Shown here: positions 14,002-32,834 of the stretch, piece by piece | Position numbering within the stretch: position 1 is the stretch's first letter | Layout of the letters: the number at the start of each line of letters is the position of its first letter | Assembly (NCBI GenBank): GCA_000004695.1 | Contig: CM000151.3 | Location: 8,000,001 to 8,064,000 of the forward strand | DNA from: Dictyostelium discoideum | Lineage: Eukaryota | Reading direction: 5' to 3' | Length of the DNA: 64,000 nt | Made by a program: the position numbers and the translations under genes | Notes under the pieces: generated by a model | The model's input: only the letters and a program-made list of their open reading frames with translations | Databases searched by the model: none | What the model was told of the DNA's origin: nothing

Positions 14002-14307
14002 AAAAAAAAAAACCAAAAATTTTTCGTATTTTTTTTTTTTGGGAAACTGACCAAAACCGATGGAATTTTTTTATTTTATTTTATTTTATTTTTTTTTTTT
14101 TTTACTTGGCCACAATTGTTTTATTTCAAAAAAAAAAAAAAAATAAATTTAAATTGGAAACCCAAAACCTTGGTTTTCTGGTCTGAAATTTTTGAAAATG
14201 AAAAAAAAAAAAAAAATTTAAAATTTAAAAAAAAAAAAGAACTGCGAATGGGTTTATGTTAAGTTTCAATACATACTATTCCAAATTAAAATAATATTGT
14301 ACATACA

Positions 14308-14340
<33 letters not shown>

Positions 14341-14344
<4 letters not shown>

Positions 14345-14353
14345 AAAAAAAAA

Positions 14354-14445
<92 letters not shown>

Positions 14446-14460
14446 TAATAATAAAAATAA
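14341..14460. repeat. non-coding (AAT)n microsatellite, about 39 perfect units
   Basis: Direct reading in an intergenic region with no supported ORF (the 14297..14479 track ORF is the repeat itself). Confidence 0.85.
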
Positions 14461-14616
14461 TAATAAAAATAATAATTAAAATATAACCATATTTGGCGCC
14501 AAATAATAGATATTACATACTTAATGGAAAACGAAGAGAATTATTTGTGTAAATTTTCATAAAATAAAAAAAAAAAAAAAAAAAAAAAATTAAAACCCAA
14601 TTAATAGTAAATAAAG

Positions 14617-14651
<35 letters not shown>

Positions 14652-15184
14652 TTTAAATAACCCAATTAATAATAAAAAAAAAAAAAAAAAATAAAAAAAG
14701 AAAAGAAAAAAAAGAAAAAAATTATGATTCCATTGGATGTTTAGTGTGTGTGTGTGATTTTTTTTATTTTTTTTTTTTTATTTTTTATTATTTTTTTTAT
14801 TTTAACTCCATCATGTTCGTGCGTGTAGATATTGCGATTATTGGTAATAACAATCACTACTACACTAATAACAATACCAGCTGTTTAATTGAGTTTTTAA
14901 ATTAAAAAAAAAAGGAAAAAAAAAAAAAAAATTGAAAATTTGCAACTTTCGCTTTATATTTAGGGATTTTTTTTTTAACATCAATTTTTTTTTTTCTGAT
15001 TAGGTATGAAAATAATATCTTTAATAAAACAATTTTATTTTTATTTTTTATTTTTTTTATTTTTTTAATTTCCCACACAAAAGAATAAATGCTTCCCACT
15101 GTCCCCTCAACCAAAATTTTAATTTCCCATCACTTTCAAATAAAAAAAATAAAAAAAATTAAAATGATTGTTTTTTTAAATTTC

Positions 15185-15217
<33 letters not shown>

Positions 15218-15351
15218 AAAAGAAAAAAAAAAAAAAAAATTAAAATAATAGCTTTTGGATTTCTTTTGTTTTTGAGAGTTTGGAAATTAGTTTATTATTT
15301 TTTTTTCTTGATAATAAAAGAATCCAAAATAACCTCTTTAATTGTAAAGAG

Positions 15352-15386
<35 letters not shown>

Positions 15387-15512
15387 GAAATCCAATTAAA
15401 TTCCACTTTTTTTTTTTTATTTTTTTGGTTTTACCCAAAATTTTTTTTTCTTTGAAAATGTAATAATATTAAAAATTAGTGAAGCAAAAACTGGAATTGG
15501 GATTAAACCTGA

Positions 15513-15548
<36 letters not shown>

Positions 15549-15588
15549 AGCTAATTAAATAAAACAAATAAAAAAATTAATTTTTTTT

Positions 15589-15660
15589 TTTACACTTTTT
15601 TATTGAAGTTGCATAAAGTTTTTTTTTTTACACTTTTTTATTGAAGTTGCATAAAGTTTT
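15589..15660. repeat. perfect tandem duplication of a unit of about 36 bp (tacacttttttattgaagttgcataaagttttttttt, two copies)
   Basis: Seen directly at 15590-15625 and 15626-15661. It lies immediately 3' of the stop of the membrane-protein gene (minus strand). Confidence 0.8.
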
Positions 15661-15732
15661 TTTTTTTTTATTTTTTTATTATTTTTATTTTTTTATTTTT
15701 TATTTTTTTATTTTTTTTTTTTATTATTTTTT

Positions 15733-18119
15733 TTAATTAACCTTTAATTTATTTTTGTAAAAAATAAAAGCAGCAATTAATAAAACAAAAGCTAAGAAGG
15801 AACCAACAATTATCAATGCTAATTTAAGTTTTGACATTGATGGTGATGGATGAGAAGTTATTGGATAATCTGAAACATAAATAAAGAATTTTGATAATGT
15901 TGCAGTATTTGTAGAAATAACTGATGATAATAAATTATTATTCATTGAACCTGTATCGATACTACCGCCACCATAACTACTACTACTACTAGCACTGTTA
16001 CTACTACTACTACTACTACTAGAACCACCACCACTATTTGGATTATTTGAAGATGGAGTTATTAAAGATATTTCAGTATATAATCTTTTTGCAATAAAAT
16101 ATTGATCGGTAATCATTGAAATTTGAGTTGAATTAAACCAAACTGGTTGAGTACCAGCAATTTGTTCTTTTGATAATACATATTCATTTTTCATTGATGT
16201 ATTAAATAATCTATAAAAATTAATATATTCACTTGATAAACTCCATGTAACTGGATTACTAATTTTTAACTATTATTTATTATTATTATTTATTATTATT
16301 ATTAGTAAAAATATTATATATAATATTATTATTATTTGTTTTTAAAAAAAAGGTTTAAATACATTACATTTGGATTATTTAACCAATATTTAAAATTAAA
16401 ATTTGGAGTTGGATTATTTACAGCAAAGAAACAATCTAAATTGAATTTAAAAGATGGTGAAGAGTTTTTAGTGAATGTGAAACAATGAGATTGAGAGAGA
16501 ATGAAATTATCACCTGAACAATTTGGTTTTGGTGATACTAAATTTAATTCACAAATGATTGGTGTTTGTTTATTACATAGCTTTCCCATATAATCCATTG
16601 GACATTCACAAGAATAACTTGGTAAATCTCTTGAACAATTTAAAGATGCTGATCCAGTCACTTTGTAAGAGATTGAACAATTACTATTCTTATTATTACA
16701 AATTAAACTGATATCTATAATTGGTTCAACTGATGATGAACATGGATAATTTTGAACAATACAATCACCATTTGCAATTGATTGATTATATTGTTTATAT
16801 TTATTTGTTGGTACTACCACACCATCACAAACTAATCTTTCATTTGTACATTGAAATCCAAACATATCAATCTTATCTCCAAATTGTGTATTACCATCAC
16901 ATACTAAATCATCAATTTTACAATCACTCAAATATTCTTTATCACATTGAAATTTAATTGTATTACACTGATTTAATCCATATAATGATTTAAAATCATA
17001 AATTTTAATAAAACTAAATGAATTTGGACAATAAATCTAAAATAAAATAAAAAAAAGAGTAAAGGGGGAGGAGGAAAGAGCGAAAGAGCGAAAGGGGAGG
17101 GAAAGAGGGGAAGAGGAAGGGGGAAGAGGGGAAGAGTGGAAGGTTAGAAATATAAAATATATTTTTTTATTTATTATTATTATTTTAAAAAAAAATAACT
17201 TACAGAATTAATTTGACAAGTATCATAATTAAAAGTTGCATTATAAGGAGTTGAAGTTGTAATTGTTATATTTTGACCATTACATTTCATTTCATTAATA
17301 TAACAAACTTGACCTTGACAAGTATTTGTCAAAGTTGGAGTAGTTACTAAAACACCAGAATTACAAATTGAAGCAATGTTTGAACCATAAAGTTTACTAT
17401 CGATACTATTAATATTATTATCATCATCATTATTATTATTAATTGAACTTTTTAAAAGATTATTTGATTTTTGTTGTAATTGCTCTTTATTATTTTCAAA
17501 CCATTCTTCTAAATCCTCAGTGATTGGATGTTTACCCAACTCTTTACCAATTAATTGATTTAATTTATTTTCATCAGCCGATAAGAAATTTCTATTGATT
17601 TTATTATTGTTATTGTTATTGCTATTACTATTAAATGTTTTGAATTGGTGGTTTGCCTTATTACCATATCTAGCTTGTTTCTTTTCTAACTGTTTTAATT
17701 GTTGTTGTGCAATTATTGAATTTGAAGGCGACAATAACGGTGATGGTGTATAATGCTCATAATAATAATTTTCATCATGTATTTCGTTATCACTACTATC
17801 ACCATTATCATTATTTAACTTTTTCTTTTTATTTAATTCTCTTTTTGATTTTAATTGATTTTTAAAATTACCATTCTTTAAAGATTCAATGAATTCACCA
17901 AATTGTTGAATTGAGTTACTAATATCACTGAAATGGTCATTATGATAAAATAATCTGTTACCCATTTGTTCAAATAATGATGGTGGTGCTTTGTTACTAC
18001 TAAAACTATTAAATCCACCAACACCACCATTTGCTAAATTATTTTTATCCATATCTAAATTTGTATCTTCTCTACTATTACTATATGAATCTGCTATTCC
18101 ATTATGGTATGATTTTTTA

Positions 18120-18186
<67 letters not shown>

Positions 18187-18280
18187 TACTGTTGCTATTA
18201 CTATTTATATTAAAATCATTTCCATTCGTTATTGATATAATTATAGATATTATTAATAATAATTTTAATATTATTTTCAT
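15733..18280 (-). CDS. predicted type-I membrane protein: signal peptide, N-rich region, Cys-rich extracellular domain, Ser-rich stalk, C-terminal TM; join(18280..17204,17036..16368,16269..15733)
   Basis: Three minus-strand ORFs joined by phase-0 introns. Exon 1 ends ...DTCQINS before gtaagt at 17203. Exon 2 begins ttttag|ATTTATTGTCC (IYCPNSF...) and ends ...WLNNPN before gtaatg at 16367. Exon 3 begins aaatag|TTAAAAATT (LKISNPVTWS...). N-terminus MKIILKLLLIISIIISITNG is signal-like. Many spaced Cys (C..C patterns). C-terminal LALIIVGSFLAFVLLIAAFIFYKNK is a TM segment. About 760 aa. Confidence 0.55.
17057..17150. repeat. polypurine (GA/GGA-rich) tract of about 95 bp, 0% pyrimidine over long stretches, inside intron 1 of the membrane-protein gene
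   Basis: gagtaaagggggaggaggaaagagcgaaagagcgaaaggggagggaaagaggggaagaggaagggggaagaggggaagagtggaagg. On the transcribed (minus) strand this is a C/T tract ending about 20 nt upstream of the 3' splice site at 17037. Confidence 0.85.
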
Positions 18281-18545
18281 TTTTAAATTATTATTATTAT
18301 TATTTATTATTTATTATTTATTATTACTATAAAGAAATGAAGTTTTTATTATTATAATATTACTATTATTATTATTATATTTTAGGTTTTTTTTTTTTTT
18401 TTTTTTTTTTAGATTTTAGTTAAATTAATTAAAATTGGAATGAAACAATGTGTGTCTGTAAATAATTGGTTTTTAAAAAAATAAATTAATATAGGTTTTC
18501 TTGAGATTATCACAATTAATATTTCTTTTTAATAAAATACCAAAT

Positions 18546-18582
<37 letters not shown>

Positions 18583-19251
18583 AATTATTTCAGACTTAAA
18601 AACACACACAAGCACAAAAACACACAATAAAAATAATAAATTAATAGAAAATAATAGATTATTTATAAATACAACTATACAAAATAATCAAATTACGATT
18701 ATATCAAAAACAAACAATTCGTGTAAATAAAAGTGAAAAGGAATTTTTTTTTGTTAAAAAAAAAATAAAAAAAAAAAAAAAAAAAATAAAAAAAATATAA
18801 AATTAAAATAAAAAAATAAAAAATAAAAAAAAATCATTTGCAACCTTGTATGCGCCAAAAAAAAAAAAAATCAAAATTTAATTATTTTTGTCCATGCAAT
18901 GTCAACAACCTACCACCATTTTCTCTCAAATTATTATTATTTTTTTTTATTTTGAAAATGATTTTATTTTTAAAAAAGGAGAATGAGTTAAATCCAATCA
19001 TTTGCCTAAATACAGTAAGAGTGGATATTTTTTAAAAAAAAAAAAAAAAAAAAAAAATTGAAAAATAAAAATCAAATAAAAACATTTTTTTGTTAATTTT
19101 TTTTTTTATTAAAACAATATCTTTTCTTTTTTTTTTTATATATAATTATTAATTTTTTTTTTAATTACTTTAACAAAAAACTAATGATTTTGGTGACAGG
19201 ATTTTATAATTACTATAATGGCTTGTTCTTTAATAGATAATTATTTGAATG

Positions 19252-19285
<34 letters not shown>

Positions 19286-19781
19286 TGCTGATGTTAAAAA
19301 ACCAACAAGAGATGGAGAGACAAAAGAGTTTTAGTTTTATGAAATCTAAAACAAAAAAAATAAAAAAAAAAATTTAAAAAAAAAGTGCAAAAACTCAGAT
19401 TTTAATTATTGGGGTCTAAATACTAATGATTACTATTGGTTAACAGCTTTAATAATTAAAAAAATAACCTTTTTTTTTTTTAATTTTAAATATAAATTTG
19501 GATAAAATGTAAAAACCACACTTGCCAACCAAACTTTTTTTTTTTTTTTTTTTGTTATTTAATTTTTATTTTTTGTTATTTAATTTTTATTTTTTATTTA
19601 TTTTTTTTGCTTTTATTTAACCACCAACAATTTAATTTTTTTTTTTTAATTTTTTTTTAATTATTATTATCATTAATTTATATATTAATTAATAGTAAAA
19701 TCATTTTTTATTATTATTATTTTTTTTTAAAATATAAATAATAAAATTTTGTTTAGAAAAAAAAAAAAAAAAAAAAAAAAA

Positions 19782-20888
19782 ATGGAAATTGATATTGAAA
19801 AATTACCAATTATTGATATTTCATCTTTTCAAAATAATGAAAATGATAAAAATCAAGTTGCCAAAGAAATTAATAAAGCATGTAAAGAGTATGGATTTTT
19901 TTATATAAAGAATCATGGAGTTGATCAAGAATTAATTGAAAATTTACAAAATGTAATTAAAAAATTCTTTTCTTTGCCACTTGAAATCAAAATGAAATGG
20001 AAAATGGGACTTACCAATAGAGAATGGCTCGGATTCTTCAAAGTCGGTCAAGAAATTACTTATGGTCAAGTCGATTGGAAAGAAGGTTGCTATTACTCCT
20101 CAGAGATGGATGGTGATATTAATACAATCCATAATGTTCCATTATACCCAACCGCTGAACAAGAGGAACAATATGAGATCCAAGGTTTTAAAAGCACAAT
20201 TCATACCTATATCGAAAAGTTAACTCATTTATCTCAACAAATAATTGAAGCAATTTCATTAAGTTTAAATCTTCCTCAAGATTATTTCTTCAAGAATTAC
20301 ACATATGATCCATTCATTCTAATGGGACTACTTCATTATCCATCATTTCATCATCAAGAACAAGAAGAAGAGCAAGAAGACGATGAAAGTAATAATGGAG
20401 GAAAAAAATCACCAAATCCTGATGAATCAAAGAAACCAGAAGTTGAAAAATTTGGAACTGGACAACATACTGATTGGGGTTTATTAACTGTACTTTATCA
20501 AGATGATGTCGGTGGTTTGCAAGTTAAATCTAAGAATTCTGAAGAGTATATCGATGCACCACCAATTCCAGGTACTTTTATTTGCAACATTGGTGATATG
20601 TTGGATAAAATGACTGGTGGTTATTATCTTTCAAATCTTCATCGTGTAAAGTATAATAAAAGTGGTCGTGATCGTTTCTCAATTCCATTCTTTTTAGACC
20701 CATCTCTTAATTCAATTCCAAAATTAATTCCAAACTATGATCAACTAAGCCAATTTGCTGATAAACCAGAAAGATGGGATAAACAAAATATTCATGAATT
20801 TGATGGTACCTATGGTCAATATTTTATTAAAAAAATTGGTCGTGTTTTTCCAGATTATGTTTATAAAAAAAGTGGTGAATTAGTTTAA
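19782..20888 (+). CDS. 2-oxoglutarate/Fe(II)-dependent dioxygenase (isopenicillin-N-synthase-like superfamily), about 368 aa
   Basis: ORF with ATG at 19782, just after an A-run. N-terminal DIOX_N-like LPIIDISSFQNNEND...EINKACKEYGFFYIKNHGVDQELIENLQNVIKKFFSLPLEIKMK. C-terminal HTDWGLLTVLYQDDVGGLQV...NIGDMLDKMTGGYYLSNLHRV carries an HxD...H iron-binding motif. Confidence 0.8.
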   Translation: MEIDIEKLPIIDISSFQNNENDKNQVAKEINKACKEYGFFYIKNHGVDQELIENLQNVIKKFFSLPLEIKMKWKMGLTNREWLGFFKVGQEITYGQVDWKEGCYYSSEMDGDINTIHNVPLYPTAEQEEQYEIQGFKSTIHTYIEKLTHLSQQIIEAISLSLNLPQDYFFKNYTYDPFILMGLLHYPSFHHQEQEEEQEDDESNNGGKKSPNPDESKKPEVEKFGTGQHTDWGLLTVLYQDDVGGLQVKSKNSEEYIDAPPIPGTFICNIGDMLDKMTGGYYLSNLHRVKYNKSGRDRFSIPFFLDPSLNSIPKLIPNYDQLSQFADKPERWDKQNIHEFDGTYGQYFIKKIGRVFPDYVYKKSGELV

Positions 20889-21039
20889 AACCCAAGAAAA
20901 TTTTAAAAAAAAAAAATAATTATTTAAATAAATTATTTCAATATTATTTCATTTACTTATTTTTTTTTTTTAAAAATTTAAAAAAAAAAAAAAAAAAATC
21001 AATTATTTATTTTTATCTATATGTTTTTTTAAAATTTTA

Positions 21040-26228
<5,189 letters not shown>

Positions 26229-26830
26229 CTAAAAAAAAATAATAAAAAAATAAAATAAAATAAATATTTTAGAATTGATATAAATAATTATAAAAATATA
26301 TATAATTTTTATTTTAAAATTTATATACCAACCTATATAATAATGGACTATTTATAATATCTAATAATAATTTTAAAATTTTAATTTTAATTGTATTTGT
26401 GCAAAATGTGGATGAAGTAAGTTCGGTAATGCTTTGAACACCAACTTTAACAATTCTATTTTATATAAATAATAATAATAACAAGTGTCATTAAAAAAAA
26501 AAAAAAAATTTTATAGTATTTTGTTTTTTTTTTTTTTTTATTTTATTTTTTAGATTATATGAAGTAAATTCAAATAAATCAAATGAGGAATTTTTTTTTT
26601 TTTTATTTATTTTTTTTTAATAAAATCAAAAGTTAGAAGTACTATAAAAAGAAATCTCAAAAATAAACAAAACAAAAGGAAAAAAAAAAAAAAACAAAAA
26701 AAAATATGACTAAATTCAAAAATCTTTTTTTTTTTTCTTTTTTCCTTTTTTGTTTTGTTTATTTTGTTTTTATTTATAAACATTACAAAAAAGGAAAAAA
26801 AATGAAGAGATATTTTTGAAAGATAAAACG

Positions 26831-26867
<37 letters not shown>

Positions 26868-27213
26868 TTCACGCCTATAGTCTTGATGAGATGTTTCAAT
26901 TAATGAGAAACATGTTGTAATTGCTTCATTAAATTCCTCTTTCTTTTAATTTGTAGTTGTTGTAATTGTTCTTGTTGTTGTTGTAAAGTTAGTGAGGTGT
27001 TATTATTATTATTATTCGAAATTGAGGAAGTGGTGATATTTTGTGGTTGTTGCATTATTTTTATTTTTTTAATTTTTATTTAAAGTATTATTATTTTTGG
27101 TGAATATTGTTAAGAGAGAAGGGGGCAAAGAGGCATATATAATAGTATATCCACAAAAAAAAAAAAAAAAAATTTATTTGTAGAATGGTTTATAAACAAA
27201 AACAAAAAAAAAA

Positions 27214-27250
<37 letters not shown>

Positions 27251-27614
27251 AAATTATAAAAATTTTTGAAAAAAAAAATAAAAAAAAATAAAAAAAAAAA
27301 AAAAAAAAAAAAAAAATAAATAAAAATAAAAATAAATTAAAAAAATCATTTGTTGATCAAAAAATTTTTTTTTTTTTTATAATAACAAAATATCACATTT
27401 ATATAAAAAAATAAAAAAACCTTTTTATAATTTTTACTTAATATTGTATTAATATAGAAAAAAAAAAAAAAATATTAAAAAAAACAATTGTTTTTTTTTT
27501 TTTTTTTTTGTAGTTGTTGTATATTATAATTTTTTTTTTTTTTTTTTTTCTTTTCTTCTTTCTAAAAAAAAAAAAAAAAGCATAATAATAATTATTATTA
27601 TTTATTTGTGTATA

Positions 27615-27650
<36 letters not shown>

Positions 27651-27685
27651 CATATAATCTATTAAAAAAAAAAAAAAAAAGAAAT

Positions 27686-30600
27686 ATGACAAGTTCTGAT
27701 AGTAGTGTAAATACTACATCGAGTAGTTTCGGAAATATTTCAATATCATCACCAAATCATAGTAGTTCAACACCACCTTTAAATAATGGAAATGGTAATA
27801 ATGTTAGTGCATCAGAAACTGAATTAAAGAAACATGTTTTATACTCTTTACAATGTTTAGATGAAAAAACTTTAACTTTAAAAGTGAAATTGGATCATTT
27901 AAATAAACTAGTAGAATTAAAGAAATCAATACCAGATTTAAATAAATTAGGAATATCACCAACACAATTATATAAAAGGTAATTTAATTTTAAAATTTAA
28001 TTAATTAATTAATTATTATAAATTTATAAACTAATCATCATTTTTTTTTTTTATTTTTTTTATTTATTTTAGTGTAAGACCATTTATAGCATTACCACCA
28101 AAAACAATTAGAACAGCAGGATTAAGAGTAATGAGATATTATTTAAGTAATTCAAATAATGTTAAAGAATTATTAGATTTAAAAGTACAATATTTTATAA
28201 CACGTTCATTGGAACGTGATAAACATTCAGAACCTGAAAGAATTCAAGCATTAAAAATCATACGTACAATTATGGAAATTGATTGTTCATTAATGCCACA
28301 TTGCTTTGTGAAAGGTTTAGTATCAATTGCAGAGAATCAAGAGGATAATTTCTGTAGAGTTTGTCTTGAATGTCTAACAGAGATCTCAATTCGTAATCCA
28401 CAAATTTCATCACATTGTGGTGGTATTCGTACTGTTTTCGATGCGGTTTTGGATCCATTCTATCAAGGTATTCAAGAATCCCTTTTAATTTGTATATTAT
28501 ATTTATTAAGTGATAAAGATACTAGAATTTATATTAGACCAAAATCTGATTTAGAAGTAAGTTGATTTTTTAAAATAAAATAAAATAAAAAAACAAAAAC
28601 AAAAATTCCAATTATTAACATATATTATTTTAAATAATATCAATAAAGATTATATTAGCACCATTAACAAATTCATTTAATATTGGTGTTAAATTAAAAG
28701 GTGCAAGTAAAGAAAAAGAAAAAGAAAAAGAAAAAGAAGATGAAGTTGCAATGAAAAAATGGACAGCAAGTTCAAAAGCTGTTTTAACATTAATTAAAAG
28801 TTGGATTGGTATTATATCTTTAAATTCTGATGATCAAGGTTTAAAATCTGTAGTTGATACATTAAGAATGCCACAAATTGAATTACAAGTAAGTTTTTTA
28901 TTACAATTTATTTATTTTTATTTATTTATTTATATATTAATTTTTATTTCTTTAAAGGAAAAAGCTTTAGATTCAATTTTTGAAATTTTTAGAGTACAAT
29001 TACCAAAAAGTATTCAAGAAACATTTGGACCACAAAAAGCAACACAAACATTTAATTTTGGATCAGAGACATTACAAGATTTACCAAGTAGAACTAGATC
29101 ATTAAGACATAATCTATTGAATAATTATTTATCGGTATTGTTGATAGCATTTATTGATAATGGACTAATTGAGGGATTGGTTTATTTGGGTAATTATGTT
29201 GCCAATAGGGATGGTATGAGTGAGCAAGAGAAAGAATGTTCAAAGAATATCTCATTAAAGAGTACAGTATTATTGGCGGAACTATTACATATGTCAAATG
29301 CATTATTACCACCATCACAATGTGCAAAATTACAAACACTACCATCATTGGTGAATTCTGCAATTTCGTTTAGATTAGACCCAAGATTAAGATCATCTTC
29401 AAATACCATGGTAACCAATTTACATAGTTATTCACATAACAAATCAAGTACAACCCTAATGGATAGCACATTGGCAATTGGATTAACTGGTGCCAATAAA
29501 TGGCGTCGTATTAAAGGTCAAGATCGTAGATTGGATAAGGTTGATGATGTGAAAATGAAGATGGAGTGGCATATGGACGATAACCAATTTCAACAGAAAA
29601 TCAAGGACACTCAAGTACTCGTCACTAAAGATTACCAAAAATGGTCATGGGAATTAATGTTTGAATTGTTGGAAGGACCTTTGAACAATCCTCAACATTT
29701 ATCAAATACATTGAAAACCAAATTCATTAAAAGAATCTTATCATTTCTACGTCCAAATAAGAAACTATTCTCAACAATGGCTTGGACAACTGAAAATTTA
29801 AAATATGTTCGTACTGCTTGTGTAGCATTGGAAGTTTTAATCTCTCATGAAATTGGTTTCGATTTTCTTAAAGATAATAAAACTATAATTCAAATCGCCG
29901 ATATGTTAAAAGTGGAATTAGATTATAATATTAAACCACCACCATCATCATCCTCATCATCAGAAAATAAAAAAGATAATGTACGTTTATTGAATCCAGA
30001 AAAAGTTTTAAAAACAATGTCTCGTGAATACTTTACAATGTTGGGTACATTGAGTAGTAATTTATTAGGTTTGGAAATATTAGCACGTAATAACATTTTC
30101 GATTATATTAAACCATTGGCTGAATTGCCTGGTAGGGATGATCTTTCTCATTTAATTATGACAAGCTTGGATTACAATGTTAATGGTGCCTCCAGAACGA
30201 TTCTTCAAAAGATTTTAACTTCAAGTTCAAGAGTAGTACGTTATTTGGCAACCAAGTATTTAAGATTCCTTTTAAGATCTGGTGTACAAGATTTCTCAAA
30301 TTGGGGTGTAGAGTTATTAGTTCAACAATTGAATGATGTGGATGCAAAAGTTAGTGCACTATCATTGAATGTATTGGATGAGGCATGTGATGATCCATCA
30401 TGTTTGGAAGTTTTAATAGATTTGAAACCAAATCTATTGAAATTGGGTAAACCTGGTAAATCATTGTTATTACGTTTCTTATCCTCTCCAAAAGGTTTAG
30501 AGAATCTATTACAAAATAATGGTTTCGTTGAACAAGAAGAACAACTATGGATTACAAGTGAAAATGCAACCTATGTAAATGCAATAGAATCGGCAGTCTC

Positions 30601-31387
30601 TGAATCATTATCACCAAGTGTTTGGAGATTTAAAGAAGCACCTGATGGTAGTAGTACTAGTGGTGTCTATTTACCACCACATTTCTTTGGTGAATTAGCA
30701 AAAACTGAAAAAGGTTGTCAATTAATTAGAAAATCAAATAACTATCAAAGATTTTTAAAAATCATTCAAGATCCAACCGCTAAACAATTGGATAAAAGAG
30801 CATCGTTAATCGCAATTGGTCATATTGGTTCTTCTGTCGATGGTTATTCATTCGTTAAAGAAAGTGATACAATCAAACTATTGATTGGAATAGCAGAGAA
30901 ATCTCAATGTTTGGCATTACGTAGTACTTGTTTCTATGCTTTGGGTATGATTTCATGTATTGAAGAAGCTCAACCAATCTTTAATTCCTTTGGTTGGGAA
31001 TCACCATCAGATTTAAACTCTAGAATCTTGTTACCAAAGGATTTAAAGAATTCAACTTTCCTAAGTGTACCACAATATCAATATCAAGGTAGTTGGGCTG
31101 ATCATTCATTTGAAACTTTACCATCAAATCATTTCTCTGATCCAATTAAAAATGAAATCATTTCTTTTGTTGGTAATTTATCTTCACATATCACTGCTGA
31201 AGGTGCTTCAAAGAATTTAAAACGTTTAAAAATCAAATATCCTGATCATTTTGCAACAAGTGAAATTTTAAATGCAGTTTTCATTTTATTAAATACTTTT
31301 AAATATCGTTTAGGTGCTAGAAGATTCATTTATGATTTATTTGATGTTGCAATATTTTCATCTGATCCATATCATGATTTAAATTAA
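27686..31387 (+). CDS. piaA: Rictor homologue (TORC2 subunit Pianissimo); join(27686..27978,28073..28556,28649..28879,28952..31387)
   Basis: Aligns with Rictor: VRPFIALPPKTIRTAGLRVMRYYLSNSNNVKELLDLKVQYFITRSLER matches VRAAGLRALRYLIQDSSILQKVLKLKVDYLIARCID. WGVELLVQQLNDVDAKVSALSLNVLDEACDDPSCLEVLIDLKPNLLKLGKPGKSLLLRFLSSPKG matches WGIELLVTQLHDKNKTISSEALDILDEACEDKANL...LLLLRFLSIPKG. Donors are gtaatt at 27979 (phase 2), gtaagt at 28557 and gtaagt at 28880. Acceptors are at 28071-72, 28647-48 and 28950-51. Summed CDS is 3444 nt, 1147 aa plus stop, close to the roughly 1148 aa recalled for PiaA. Confidence 0.85.
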
Positions 31388-31397
31388 ATTTTTTTTC

Positions 31398-31448
<51 letters not shown>

Positions 31449-31620
31449 AATCTTTTTTTGTATTAATAATAATAAAAAAAAAAATATATATTTATTCACT
31501 TATAAAATCATAATAATAATAATAAAAAAAAAAAAAAAAATAATGGTAATAAAAAAAAAAATAATAATAAAAAAAAACAAATAAAAAATATAATGTACTA
31601 ATAAAAAAAATTCAGATATA

Positions 31621-31659
<39 letters not shown>

Positions 31660-32216
31660 TTTCAAACCAATAACATTGTTTTTCAAAACATCGAAACCTT
31701 TTATTTATTTACTTTAATTTATTTTTTATTTTGTTTTTTTATTTTATTTTTTTTTTAAGATAAAATTCAAACTTGACAAAAAAAAAAAAAGAAAAAAAAA
31801 AATTAACGTTTAATTCTTTAAAATTCTTTTTTTTTTTTTTTTTATTATTCGGAAAGAACCTGGTTTGAATTAGTCATTAATTCCATGCTGAATTTCTTTT
31901 TTGGATAAAATTTTTATAAAAAAAAAAAAAAAAATTTTCGAAAATTGAAAGATGTTTTGTTTCAACATTATCGCAACATACTCATTTTTTTTATCAAATT
32001 TCCAAAAAATATCATTTTGATTTTATTTTAATTTTATTTTTTTTATTTTTTTTTTATTTTTATTTTTTTTTTTTTTATTTTTTTTATTTTTTTTTTAATC
32101 CAAAAGTTTTTTTGAAATTTACAAAAAGTTTTTTTTTTTTTTATTCATTTTTTATTTTTATTTTTATTTTTAAGACGAAAAGATATATAAATATTTAAAC
32201 AAAAAAAAAAAACAAT

Positions 32217-32765
32217 ATGGTAAGTTTCTCTTTTTTTTATTTTTATTTCTTTATTTTTTTATTATTTATTTCTTTTTTATTTTATTTTCACGCACACACA
32301 CACCTGAAATAAATAAATTAATAATGAAAATTTCTGATAATAAATTATCCCCCCACCATAGTTGTACTTGTTTAATAATAATAAATAAACAATCGATAAA
32401 TCAATTATCATAAAATTTAGTACACCTTAATCTTCCAGAATGATTTTTTTTATTTTTTTGTTTTTTTTTTTTTTTTTTTTTTTCCAAATTTTTATTTTTT
32501 AATTATTTTTTTTTTATTTTTTTTATTTTTTTTTTTTTTATTATTTTATTTTTTTTTTTGTCGCTTAACAGTACTGAAATTTAAAAGGAAATTTTTTTTT
32601 TTTCATTTATTTAATTTTAAACAAAGAGTGGATATTTTCTAAAAAAAATAAAAATAAAAATGGAAATGGTACATATTAAAATTCATTTTGACAAAAAAAG
32701 AAAAAAAATAATACACTCACAAAAAATCAATAAGAGTTTTTTTTTTTTTATTTATTTATTTATTT

Positions 32766-32834
<69 letters not shown>

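Noticed and set aside
14297-15385. Short ORFs in the 13.6-15.7 kb intergenic region (poly-K/poly-N translations)
   Set aside because: They are pure translations of A-runs and the (AAT)39 microsatellite.
26401-26425. Plus-strand GTAAGT (gatgaagtaagttcgg) that looks like a splice donor
   Set aside because: It lies inside a minus-strand coding exon candidate of the CCCH gene, and no plus-strand ORF leads into it.
26896-27055. 51-codon minus-strand ORF MQQPQNITTSSISNNNNNNTSLTLQQQQEQLQQLQIKRKRNLMKQLQHVSH as a stand-alone gene
   Set aside because: It is too short and low-complexity to call. It is more likely either the unresolved first exon of the large CCCH gene or noise, and it is reported only as a possibility under that finding.
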